The position numbers and the translations under genes were made by a program. From NCBI GenBank assembly GCA_963785305.1, contig CAWAUV010000005.1, positions 640,001 through 704,000 on the forward strand: DNA of 64,000 nucleotides, read 5' to 3'. Of this stretch, positions 53,255 to 62,876 are shown in pieces (the stretch's first letter is position 1; every line of letters begins with the position of its first letter). The DNA is from an uncultured Planctomycetaceae bacterium. GTDB lineage: Bacteria; Planctomycetota; Planctomycetia; Pirellulales; PALSA-1355. Below the pieces are notes generated by a model. That model made no database searches and had not been told where the DNA came from. It worked only from the letters and a program-made list of their open reading frames with translations.

Positions 53255-56125
53255 GTGCTCCGCTCCGCAAGTGCGTTCCTCGTTGCTTCGACCGCCTCTC
53301 TAATATTCGCGCTCCCGGCGGCGGCCGAGGAAATCCATGTTCGCCCCGACGGCCCGATCCGCACGCTGGCCGATGCCCAGCGTGAAGCGCGCAAGACCAA
53401 ACAAGCGGTCGTCGTTCACGCCGGCACGTATTACCTTCCGGAGACGCTCGTTTTCACGCGCGAGGACTCTGGCGCGGTGTATCAAGCGGCGGAAGGAGAG
53501 GCGGTGGCGATCAGTGGCGGCCGGAAACTTGAATTGCGGTGGGAACCTTACAAGGCGGGCATTCAGCAGGCAAAAACGCCCCCGGGACTGGTGATCGATC
53601 AGTTGTTCGTCAACGGACAGCGACAGTCAATGGCTCGCTATCCTAACTACGACCCGAATGTGCGGCCCTACTTTGGGTTCGCCGCCGACGCCTTCGGCAA
53701 AGCCCGGGCAGAGCGCTGGGCCGATCCGGCCGGCGGTTTTATTCACGCGATGCACGGCGCTCATTGGGGTGGGTTCCACTACCGAATCACGGCTAAGAAC
53801 GCCAACGGCGATGTCGCTTACGAAGGCGGTTGGCAGAACAATCGCCGCTCGGGCCTGCATTCGCACCACCGTTTCGTCGAAAACATCTTCGAAGAACTCG
53901 ACGCGCCGGGCGAATGGTTCCACGATTGCAAGACGGATACTCTCTACCTCATTCCGCCGGAGGGCATCGATCCGAATAAGGCCGCCGTCGAAGTGGCCGG
54001 CCTGCGGCATTTGCTCGAATTCCGCGGTTCCGAGGAGCAGCCGGTGCGGAAGATCAGCCTGCGCGGCTTCGTGCTGCGCCAGGCGGCGCGTACCTTCATG
54101 GATACCAAGGAACCGCTCTTGCGCAGCGACTGGACAATCTACCGCGGCGGCGCTGTCTTGTTCCAAGGCGCCGAGGATTGCGAGATCGAGGATTGCCGGT
54201 TCGAGCAACTTGGCGGCAATGCGATCTTTGTCAGCGGCTACAATCGCCGCCTGACTTTCCGCGGCTGCGATATTCACGACACCGGCGCCACCGCCGTGGC
54301 TTTTGTCGGTGACCCGAAGGCGGTGCGCAACCCGCTCTTCGAATACGGTCAGCGGCAGAACCATGCCGACATCGACAAGACGCCTGGACCTCGCACCGCC
54401 GAATATCCGGCCGAGTGCCTGGTGGAAGACTGTCTCATCCGCGGGTTCGGGCAGGTCGAAAAACAGGCCGCCGGCGTGCAGCTTTCGATGGCCCAGGGGA
54501 TCACGGTCAGCCACTGTTCGATTTACGAGGGCCCGCGCGCCGGGATCAACATCAGCGAAGGGGCCTTTGGTGGGCATGTCATCGAGTTTTGCGACGTATT
54601 CGACACGGTTTTGGAAACGGGAGACCACGGCGCCTTTAACTCCTGGGGCCGTGACCGCTATTGGCAGCTAGGCGGCGCGCCGGAGAAAGAACGGCCCGAC
54701 CTGGCGCTGCTCGACGCCGTGAAACCAAACGTGCTCCGCAACAATCGCTGGCGTTGCGACCACGGCTGGGATGTCGACCTCGACGATGGCTCCAGCAACT
54801 ATGAGATCGTCGACAACCTATTTCTCGCCGGCGGCCTCAAGCTCCGCGAAGGCTATCATCGCAAGGTCTCGAACAACATCGCGGTAAACAACACGCTCCA
54901 TCCCCATGTCTGGTTCGCCGACAGCGGCGATGTGGTCACGCGCAACATCTGGATGCGGGCCTATCAGCCGGCGGCCATGAATCCGAAACTCGAGCATTGG
55001 GGCGAAGAGGTCGACTACAACCTATTCACAAGCAGCGAGGCCGATCGGATAAAGTTTGCCGATCACGGCTGCGACGCCCACTCCCTTGTCGGCGATGCGA
55101 AATTCATCGATCCGGAGAAGGGCGACTTCCAGGTCCGAGAAGGCTCTCCCGCGCTCAAGCTTGGCTTTCAGAACTTCCCGATGAATACGTTTGGGGTGCG
55201 AAAAGCCGCGCTCCGGTCGATCGCCCGCGCGCCGGAAATCCCGCGGCTCCATTCCGCGGGATCGCGAGAGGAAGAAACCGCCAAGTCCGGCTCGCAAGCT
55301 CCCCGCCAAAGCCTTCCCGCCGCGTGGCAGGCAGCCGCGGTCCGCGGTCTCGAGGGCGAACAATACTCGGCTTACGGAGTGAGCAAGGAATCCGGGGGAG
55401 TGGTCCTCAGCCACATCTCGGCCGGTTCTCCCTTGGTGTCAGCGGGCCTCAAGGCCGACGACTTGATCCAAGCGGTCAACGGATCCGCGGTGCATACAGT
55501 TGCCGAACTGTGGCAAGCCACCAATGCGGCAGCGGGTCGGCCGCTTGTGCTGGAGACCTTCCGAGCGCAGATGCCGCGCTGCGCGGAGTTGACGGATTAC
55601 GTATACACGATTTCAGAAGCGTCCAACACGAGTCAATTCGAGAGAGCGCCGATCGTCGCCGACCCCCTGCCAATCGTCCGGATCGCCACGCGGCCCGCCA
55701 CCCTCAACGAGCCCATCGCGAGTCTGTATGACGGCAAACTGGCGACAAACTACGGGCCGATTTTTGGTAATTCGGTAACGCAAGGAATCTACAAGGTCGA
55801 TCTGGGCCGAACCGCGTCGCTGAGTCAGGTGAACACTTGGTCGTTTCACCAAGCCGATCGCCGCGGCTCGCAACAGTTTCTGCTGCTGGGGAGCAACAGC
55901 CCCAGCGACCCGGGCTGGAACGCCGCCGATCCCAAACTCTTTACGCCGATCGCCGAAGTGACGGCGGCCGCCGACGCGCGGTTTCTCGCCACCAGCGTGC
56001 GACGAACCGGCGGGCGCTCGTTAGGAACATTTCGCTGGCTGATCTGGGTCGCGATTCCGCTAAACCAGACCGGCGAGAACACGGCATTTCAGGAATTTCA
56101 GGTTGTCCCGCTAAACGGGAATTAA
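53255..56125 (+). CDS. Secreted right-handed beta-helix protein (GH141-like) with PDZ-like and C-terminal beta-sandwich domains
   Basis: HAGTYYL, DQLFVNG..ARYPN, EELDAPGEW, ETGDHGAFNSWGRDR, WDVDLDDGSSN; AGLKADDLIQAVNG (PDZ). Confidence 0.75.
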   Translation: MLRSASAFLVASTASLIFALPAAAEEIHVRPDGPIRTLADAQREARKTKQAVVVHAGTYYLPETLVFTREDSGAVYQAAEGEAVAISGGRKLELRWEPYKAGIQQAKTPPGLVIDQLFVNGQRQSMARYPNYDPNVRPYFGFAADAFGKARAERWADPAGGFIHAMHGAHWGGFHYRITAKNANGDVAYEGGWQNNRRSGLHSHHRFVENIFEELDAPGEWFHDCKTDTLYLIPPEGIDPNKAAVEVAGLRHLLEFRGSEEQPVRKISLRGFVLRQAARTFMDTKEPLLRSDWTIYRGGAVLFQGAEDCEIEDCRFEQLGGNAIFVSGYNRRLTFRGCDIHDTGATAVAFVGDPKAVRNPLFEYGQRQNHADIDKTPGPRTAEYPAECLVEDCLIRGFGQVEKQAAGVQLSMAQGITVSHCSIYEGPRAGINISEGAFGGHVIEFCDVFDTVLETGDHGAFNSWGRDRYWQLGGAPEKERPDLALLDAVKPNVLRNNRWRCDHGWDVDLDDGSSNYEIVDNLFLAGGLKLREGYHRKVSNNIAVNNTLHPHVWFADSGDVVTRNIWMRAYQPAAMNPKLEHWGEEVDYNLFTSSEADRIKFADHGCDAHSLVGDAKFIDPEKGDFQVREGSPALKLGFQNFPMNTFGVRKAALRSIARAPEIPRLHSAGSREEETAKSGSQAPRQSLPAAWQAAAVRGLEGEQYSAYGVSKESGGVVLSHISAGSPLVSAGLKADDLIQAVNGSAVHTVAELWQATNAAAGRPLVLETFRAQMPRCAELTDYVYTISEASNTSQFERAPIVADPLPIVRIATRPATLNEPIASLYDGKLATNYGPIFGNSVTQGIYKVDLGRTASLSQVNTWSFHQADRRGSQQFLLLGSNSPSDPGWNAADPKLFTPIAEVTAAADARFLATSVRRTGGRSLGTFRWLIWVAIPLNQTGENTAFQEFQVVPLNGN

Positions 56126-56424
56126 CCGCCTGTGGAATCTTGCGATTGGCCGCTCGCCAAGCATCGGCGGAAACATCCGATTGGCCTGCGATTTCCGCGC
56201 TCGCGGAGCATACGTCGTCGGGCCGTCGCCTCAAGAGGCGGCGGGTAATCGCCAGCCATAGTGCAAATCGAGGCCGACGACTGTGGAGTTCGGGGAGCGA
56301 ATCCGGAAATGTCCGACGCGGCCGGGAACCGTTCGCCCGAGAACCCAGGGAACACCAAGTGCGCAAGCGAAGCACAGGCCTTCGCATTCGCCGTGTAATG
56401 GATTCGCAATGCAAAAAAGCGAAG

Positions 56425-56497
56425 TGCTCCCTGTTGGAGTCGAACCAACAACCCTCTGATTAAGAGTCAGATGCTCTGCCGATTGAGCTAAGGGAGC
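56425..56497 (-). tRNA. tRNA-Lys (CUU)
   Basis: Reverse complement GCTCCCTTAGCTCAATCGGCAGAGCATCTGACTCTTAATCAGAGGGTTGTTGGTTCGACTCCAACAGGGAGCA folds as a cloverleaf. CCA is not encoded. Confidence 0.97.
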
Positions 56498-56786
56498 GGG
56501 CGAGATGGCCGCCAAGAGCGAGCAGTTTACCGCATTTGACGGCCGACACGCAAGAGGCGATCGCGCGGCGCGAATTGGGAAAGCGCGGCTTGGTCAGGTC
56601 GCCAAGGCCATCGGGGCACGCGGCTTCATGCGATCTCTCGACTCGGGATCCATACGTCGGTCCGCATCACGCGGCCCAAGGCGCCGCGGCGCGGCGTCTC
56701 GGCTTGCCAATCTCGACCGACGCAATCAAACTGGAGCCACTTCCAACCGCCCCATTCTCGTCTCGCTTCGATAAGGCCTCGAAACC

Positions 56787-57677
56787 ATGCCCAAGCTTGC
56801 CGCGTTTCCCAAAGCGTTTATTGACGATCTGTGCATCAATGGTCAGATGACCATCGAAGATTGGATCAATCTGGCCTCGAGCCTGGATATCGATGGACTC
56901 GAGTTCTACGCCGGCTTTCTCGAACTGGCCGACGCTTCGTCGTGGGGACGCTGGAAGGAGATCGCGCTCGACGCGGCGCTCGAAATCCCCATGCTCTGCT
57001 GCTCGCCCGACTTCACGCATCCCGACCCAAAATTCCGCGCCGCCCAGGTCGATCAGGAAAAACGCTGGATCGATCTCACGGTCGCGCTCGGCGGCCAATA
57101 TTGCCGGGTGCTCTCGGGCCAGCGGCGACCCGAGGTGAGCCGGGCCGAAGGAATTCGCTATGCCGCCGAATCGATCGAGGCATGCTTGCCCCATGCGGCG
57201 GCCTCGGGCGTGACGCTGATTCTGGAAAATCACTACAAGGACAACTACTGGCAGTTCCCCGAGTTCGCCCAAAAGACGGACGTGTTCTGCGAACTGGTCG
57301 ACCGGATTCAGTCGCCCAACTTCGGCGTGAACTACGATCCCAGCAACACGATTCTGGCGGGCGAAGACCCGCTCGAACTGCTGCGGCGAGTGAAGCATCG
57401 CGTGGTCACGATGCACGCCAGCGACCGCTATCTGGCCGAGGGCACGATCGAGGACCTGCGGCGCGAGGAAGATAGCGTCGGCTACGCCAAGCGCCTACGG
57501 CACGGCGAAATCGGCAAGGGGCTCAACGACTACGACGCAATCTTCACCGAGCTAGCCGAAGCCGGCTTCAATGGCTGGATCAGCATCGAAGACGGCGTCG
57601 AAGGCATGGCTCAACTCGAAGCCAGCGCCACGTTCCTGCGACTCAAGATCGCCGAGCACTGGCCCTATAAAGGCTGA
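56787..57677 (+). CDS. Sugar phosphate isomerase/epimerase (xylose-isomerase-like TIM barrel)
   Basis: LILENHYK, VNYDPSN, TMHASD, GEIGKGLNDY, WISIED. Confidence 0.9.
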   Translation: MPKLAAFPKAFIDDLCINGQMTIEDWINLASSLDIDGLEFYAGFLELADASSWGRWKEIALDAALEIPMLCCSPDFTHPDPKFRAAQVDQEKRWIDLTVALGGQYCRVLSGQRRPEVSRAEGIRYAAESIEACLPHAAASGVTLILENHYKDNYWQFPEFAQKTDVFCELVDRIQSPNFGVNYDPSNTILAGEDPLELLRRVKHRVVTMHASDRYLAEGTIEDLRREEDSVGYAKRLRHGEIGKGLNDYDAIFTELAEAGFNGWISIEDGVEGMAQLEASATFLRLKIAEHWPYKG

Positions 57678-57826
57678 TGTCCGCTCGCGACGAAGCGGCG
57701 AATCGTGTGGCCATGATCGGCATCCGATTTGCACCGACTGGCTCCGCACACGCTCGACGCGGCTCTCAAGGCGCGCCGCGAGCGCGATTTGCAGTCTCAC
57801 CGTCATTGCATTTGGAGGGCGATATC

Positions 57827-58135
57827 ATGCCACGCGGCGATAAAACCAAGTACACCGACAAACAAAAACGGCAAGCCGAGCATATTGAAGAAGGCTACGA
57901 GGATCGCGGCGTTCCCGATAAAGAAGCGGAGCGTCGAGCCTGGGCCACCGTGAACAAGGAAACCCACGGCGGCAAGAAATCGGGCTCGGGTCGTGGCAAG
58001 AAAACCGACACGTCGAGCTCCAAGAAAGGCGGCAAGCTCGGGGGCGCCGCGTCAGCCGCGAGGCCAGCCAAGGCGCGCAGCGCGGCGGCCAAGAAAGCCG
58101 CCGCCACGCGTGCCCGCAAGCGCTCGGGCGATTAG
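57827..58135 (+). CDS. Small basic conserved protein (family often labelled plasmid stabilization protein)
   Basis: GGAGG RBS; MPRGDKTKYTDKQKRQAEHIEEGY..AERRAWATVNK..KKGG..AKKAAATR. Confidence 0.85.
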   Translation: MPRGDKTKYTDKQKRQAEHIEEGYEDRGVPDKEAERRAWATVNKETHGGKKSGSGRGKKTDTSSSKKGGKLGGAASAARPAKARSAAAKKAAATRARKRSGD

Positions 58136-58258
58136 ACGATTCCCAAAATGATGCCGAGGGCGTTGGGCGTCGTGGCCGTGGCGCCTCGGGGGCGTGGCGC
58201 GAAGCCAGTTTGGATCGACGGAGTTCATCGCGCGCCTCCGACCCCACAAGTCGCCGCT

Positions 58259-59230
58259 TCAAACGCCCCCGGGCGCGGCGACAAAGCGATCGCCGACTTT
58301 GGGTCCGTAGCCGTTGATGAACTCCTGGGCCGCGAGCACTCGCTTGCCCTGCGGCTGTAATTTGTCGATGCGCAGAAATTCGCGGCCGGTGGCGACCGTC
58401 AATCGCGATGGCTCGACGACGACAATGGTTCCCGGCGCCGCTTCCAGGGTCGGGCCCTCGCAGACAGCAACCCGGTCGAGGATCACGCGCAGCGGCTCCC
58501 CGGGGACCGTTGCCCGTTGCAAGAACGAAAACGTCTTGGGCCAAGGCTGTAGTGCCCGCACTTGGTTATGAATCTCGGCCGCCGATCGAGACCAATCGAC
58601 AAGGCCATCGTTCTTTTCCAGCCGGCGGGCCTTGGTCGCCAGGGAGGCGTCTTGGGCGATCGGCGCCTGCGCCCGGCGGCCAGCAAGTCGCAGCAGCGGC
58701 ATACCAACTCGGCGCCCAATTCGGCGAGCCGCGGTTCGAGTTCGGCGGCCGTTTCATCGCGACCGATCGGCGTCGATACCTGGCCGATTGCCGGACCGGC
58801 GTCGAGCCGCGGGGTCATGTGAATCACGGTCACGCCGGTGATTTCCTCGCCATGGTAGATCGCCCAATTTATCGGCGCCGCTCCACGATACGCCGGCAAA
58901 AGCGAGGCATGCAGATTGATTCCGCCCAGCCGGGCCACGGCCAACGTGTCGCGCTTGAGAATCTGTCCGTAGTCGCACACCACGAACAACTCGGGCCGAA
59001 ACTCGCGAAGCATTTCGACACTCTCGGCGGCGTTGATGTCCGCCGGATCGATCACCGGTGCGCCATGTTCCTGGGCCAGCGCTCGGCACGGATTGACATC
59101 GCCCGCCGCCTTGCCATGGACCGGTCTGCGCGGGACGCACGACCACCGCCACGATCTCATGCGCGCCGCGAAAGAGCGTTCGCAATGTCGGGGCGGCAAA
59201 CGGGCCATTGCCCATCATCAGTAAACGCAT
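58259..59230 (-). CDS. fmt: Methionyl-tRNA formyltransferase (frameshifts)
   Basis: MMGNGPFA, VCDYGQIL, INLHASLLPAYRGAAPINWAI, TGVT..LDAG, VRALQPWP, LQPQGKR. Confidence 0.93.
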
Positions 59231-59274
59231 CGCCGCTCCTGGCCGTTCGGGAATTTCGCTCGCGGGCAAAGGCT

Positions 59275-60090
59275 TCACGGGCTACCGGCGGCGACATTCG
59301 GCGAATCGTTTGCCCCGGCGGGCCGCGACGCGCCCGCTGGCGCTTTGCGAAGCGATTCGACTTCGGCGGTAAGCGATTTAATCAGCTCGCCACTTTCCTC
59401 GAGCAACTGATCGCGGCGGCGAACTTCGGCCTGGAGCCGAGCGATCACTTTTTCGAAGGCCGACAATTGCGCTTCCAGCATCCCGAGCCGATCGCGCGGC
59501 GCGAGCGCGGGCGGATCGGATTCGCCGGCCAACGAAAGCTCCGCGACATAGGCGCCACGGTGGCCAAACTTCGCCTCTTCGGCCGCCTCGCGCACACTGG
59601 GCGGCGCCAGCGCCGGCTGAGCCAATTCCGCTTGCCGAGTAATCGGTTGGCCCGTGGGAGACATCGCGCTGTCGAACTTACGCGGTTCGATTGCCGCCCG
59701 CTCAATCGTCAACGGTTCGCTGCTTCGCAGTTCGGCGGTTCGATGTTCGGCCGCGCGGCGATGCGCAACCCACCATACGCTGCCGGTCATCAACATGGCT
59801 GCGGCCGTGATTCGCAAGAGCCGCCATCCCACGGCGCTCGGCTCGCTGGCGATCCGGTTCGGCGCCGGATATCGCGACTCGAGGAAAGCCGCCTCGGCCG
59901 CCAGCTGCGCCGCGAGCTCTCCCAGATCGTCGGGCAAGTCCAACTCCTCGGGAGTTTCGTGGGCCAATGCGATCTTGGCCGGGCGATCCGGGGCCTGCTG
60001 CTCATTGCGAGGCGCCAGCGGACTCGTGGGCGAATTCCGTTCGCTCCCCGACGATTCGTCGGGACGCAGGATACGCGGTTCAAACGCCAT
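59275..60090 (-). CDS. Single-TM protein with C-terminal coiled coil; candidate anti-sigma factor
   Basis: Overlaps the ECF sigma stop; TM segment LLRITAAAMLMTGSVWWV. Confidence 0.6.
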   Translation of the reverse strand: MAFEPRILRPDESSGSERNSPTSPLAPRNEQQAPDRPAKIALAHETPEELDLPDDLGELAAQLAAEAAFLESRYPAPNRIASEPSAVGWRLLRITAAAMLMTGSVWWVAHRRAAEHRTAELRSSEPLTIERAAIEPRKFDSAMSPTGQPITRQAELAQPALAPPSVREAAEEAKFGHRGAYVAELSLAGESDPPALAPRDRLGMLEAQLSAFEKVIARLQAEVRRRDQLLEESGELIKSLTAEVESLRKAPAGASRPAGANDSPNVAAGSP

Positions 60091-60642
60091 CGCGAACCCT
60101 TTCGTTCGGCCAGGGACCTTCGACCAATTCGTTCCAATCGTCGCGCATCAAGCGGCGGAGCGCTTCGAGGCCGTTGAAAATGCGCGACTTCACGGTGCCG
60201 ACCGGGCAGCCCAGCACCTGGGCGATTTCGTCGTAGGGCAGATGTTCGCTGAAGCGCAACATCAGCGCATGCCGCTGACCATCGGGCAGGCGTGCGCCAC
60301 TTGGCTCCATAAGCCGCGGCGCCATTCGCTCGCCTCGAGCCGCTCGTCGGCGGCCGGCGCGGCGGGCGGAGCGTGCGACTGCGTGTCCCAGAGCACGCGA
60401 AGTTTTCCGCGCCGCAGTCCCGCTCGGCGGCGCTCGCGGCGGTCGAGATTGAGCAAGATGCCGTAGAGCCACGTATAAAGTTTGCTGCGTCCCTCGAAGG
60501 CCTCGCGCTGGGCGGCGAAAGTTAAAAAAGTTTCTTGCGCCAGGTCGTCGGCGTCCCAAGGATTGCCGGTGAGCATCAGCGCCGCGCGGCGGATGCGGGC
60601 AAAATGCTCCTGGCTGGCGCTGGCTAAATCGACTTCCGGCAC
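60080..60642 (-). CDS. ECF-type RNA polymerase sigma factor (frameshift)
   Basis: DADDLAQETF, FEGRSKLYTWLYGI, YDEIAQVLGCPVGTVKSRI. Confidence 0.9.
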
Positions 60643-61079
60643 GGCGGCGGTTTCCCAAGAGCGCAAGGGACGATTAGAAGCAACTCGCACGGGTGATTCT
60701 CGTACCTATTCTAATTCGACCCTTCGACTCTGCCTACGCGCTAATCCGCGCGACCCGCACACAAGCGCCCCGGGCCTGGCTCGGGGGTTACGAATTCGTG
60801 ACTTGAGACCCAGAAAAAGTTCACCGCGGATTGCATCGGGCTCGGTTTTGGCCGAGAGTTGACTATAACTTACCAACTGCCGGAGCGCCGCCGCCGCAAG
60901 GCCGAACAATCCGGCGGGCCACGCGACGCTCAAGCAACGCGGCGCGTCGTCGAGCGACCTTTTTGAATCGATGTTTTTCGCGAGAGAATCGCGTTTTTTG
61001 CTAGACATATAATTGGCGAGCCCCGGGCCATCGCCCGCCGCCCTTTCGCCGCGGGCGGCTTCCTCCAGGAGCGAATGCG

Positions 61080-62571
61080 TTGAAAATTCTGATCGCCACC
61101 AGCGAAGCGGCGCCCTTGGCAAAGACCGGCGGACTGGCCGATGTTTGCGGCGCCTTGCCCTTGGAGCTCGCCAAGCTCGGACACGATGTCACGCTGATCT
61201 TGCCCGCTTATCGGCAGACTCGCGACGCCGGGCTCGAGATCAAGACCACCGGTGTCGATTTCAATATTCCCATCGGCAGCAAGCTGGTCGCCGGTTCGTT
61301 CTTGGAAACCACGCTCGGCAATGGCGCGGTGCGGGTGCTGCTCACGCGTCAAGACACGTACTTCGACCGCGACGAGCTCTATCGCTCGGCCGGCCGCGAT
61401 TTTCGCGACAATTCCGAACGCTTCATTTTCTTCTCGCGGTCGGTGCTCGAGGCGATCCGGTTGCTGCGGCTCGAAGTCGATGTGCTCCATGTCAATGACT
61501 GGCAGACCGGGCTGGCGCCCGCCTTTCTCAAGATCGAATATCGCAACACCGCCGGGTTCGAGCGGATCGGCACTTTGTTCACCATTCACAACATGGCCTA
61601 TCAGGGAGTGTTCTGGCACTGGGACATGCTCCTCACCGGCCTCGACTGGAAATACTTCAACTGGCAACTCCTCGAGTTCTACGGCAATCTGAACTTCCTG
61701 AAGACCGGGCTCGTGTTCGCCGACCGACTCAACACGGTAAGCCCCCGATATGCCGAGGAGATTCAAAGCCCGCCGCTCGGCTGCGGGCTCGAAGGAGTGC
61801 TCAGCCTAAGACGCGAAGCGCTCTCGGGCATCATCAACGGCATCGACACCGAGGTCTGGAACCCGGCGACCGACCCGAACTTGGCGGCGCACTACAGCGC
61901 CGCCGATCCCTGGAGCGGCAAGGCCAAGTGCAAAGCCGCGCTTCAGCAAACCTTGGGCTTGCCGATCGAACCGGCCACGCCGATCCTGGGATTCATCGGC
62001 CGCATGGTCGAGCAGAAAGGCATCGACCTGATCGTGAAGGTGATGCAGGAAACGACGCCCCAGCAAAACACGCAATGGGTCCTGCTCGGCTCGGGCGACT
62101 CGCATTATCAAGAATCGATCGATCAGCTTCGGCGCCGATGGCCGCGCCAGGTGGCCACCTGCTTCGATTTTTCGAATCCGCTGGCGCACCAGATCGAAGC
62201 CGGGGCCGACATCTTCTTGATGCCCAGCCATTTCGAGCCGTGTGGGTTGAATCAACTCTATAGCTTGCGCTATGGCACTCCGCCGGTCGTGCGAGCCGTG
62301 GGCGGGCTCTATGACACGGTGGTCGACGCCCCGGCCGATCCGACCGCCGCCGCGTCGGCGCCGGCTTCGTGTTCCACGATTACTCATCGCTCGCGCTGGG
62401 CGACGCGGTGCGCCGGCGCTGGCCATGTATGCGCAGCCCGAGGCCTGGCGCCGGCTGGTGCTCGCGGGCATGAGCCAAGACTGGTCATGGCGCAAGAGCG
62501 CCGAGAAATACGTGGAGCAATACGAGCAAATCGCCGCCCTCCGCCCCGCCAAGTCGGGAACCTACCGCTAA
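61080..62571 (+). CDS. glgA: Glycogen synthase (frameshifts near C-terminus)
   Basis: KTGGLADV, HVNDWQT, TIHNMAYQG, GIINGID, MPSHFEPCGLNQL; QDWSW..SAEKY in the frame ending at 62571. TTG start with AGGAG RBS. Confidence 0.95.
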
Positions 62572-62608
62572 CGGCCCCGGGCTGCTCGCCAATCGCCCGG
62601 AAATCCAA

Positions 62609-62687
62609 GACCCTGTCCCACAACTCCGCCTCTCCCCTTGGGAGAGGGCAGGGTGAGGGTCCCCTCGCTTCCCTTTGGGAGAGCGTA
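62609..62687. repeat. MITE/REP-like element, copy C (degenerate right end)
   Basis: GACCCTGTCCCACAACT..CCTCTCCC-CTT-GGGAGAGGGCAGGGTGAGGG..TTTGGGAGAGCGTA. Confidence 0.55.
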
Positions 62688-62876
62688 GAGCGATCGCCCG
62701 CCGGAAGCCGTCCAACGCCGTCCGCGCGGCGCATCGATCACAAACGAGCCGCGGCCCCCGGTTGCGTTTGGTGGCCCCGCGCTCCCATAATCCAGCCCAG
62801 CGGCGGCGGGCGACCCGCCGATGGAATGGATTGATTCAGGGGGCGGGAAGCATATGGCGAAGAAGAAGGCGGTTAA

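Noticed and set aside
1820..62571. Numerous frameshifts read as pseudogenes or programmed recoding
   Set aside because: They hit core genes (fmt, carA, lipA) and accessory genes alike, mostly in GC or dinucleotide runs and without premature in-frame stops. This pattern fits long-read consensus indels.
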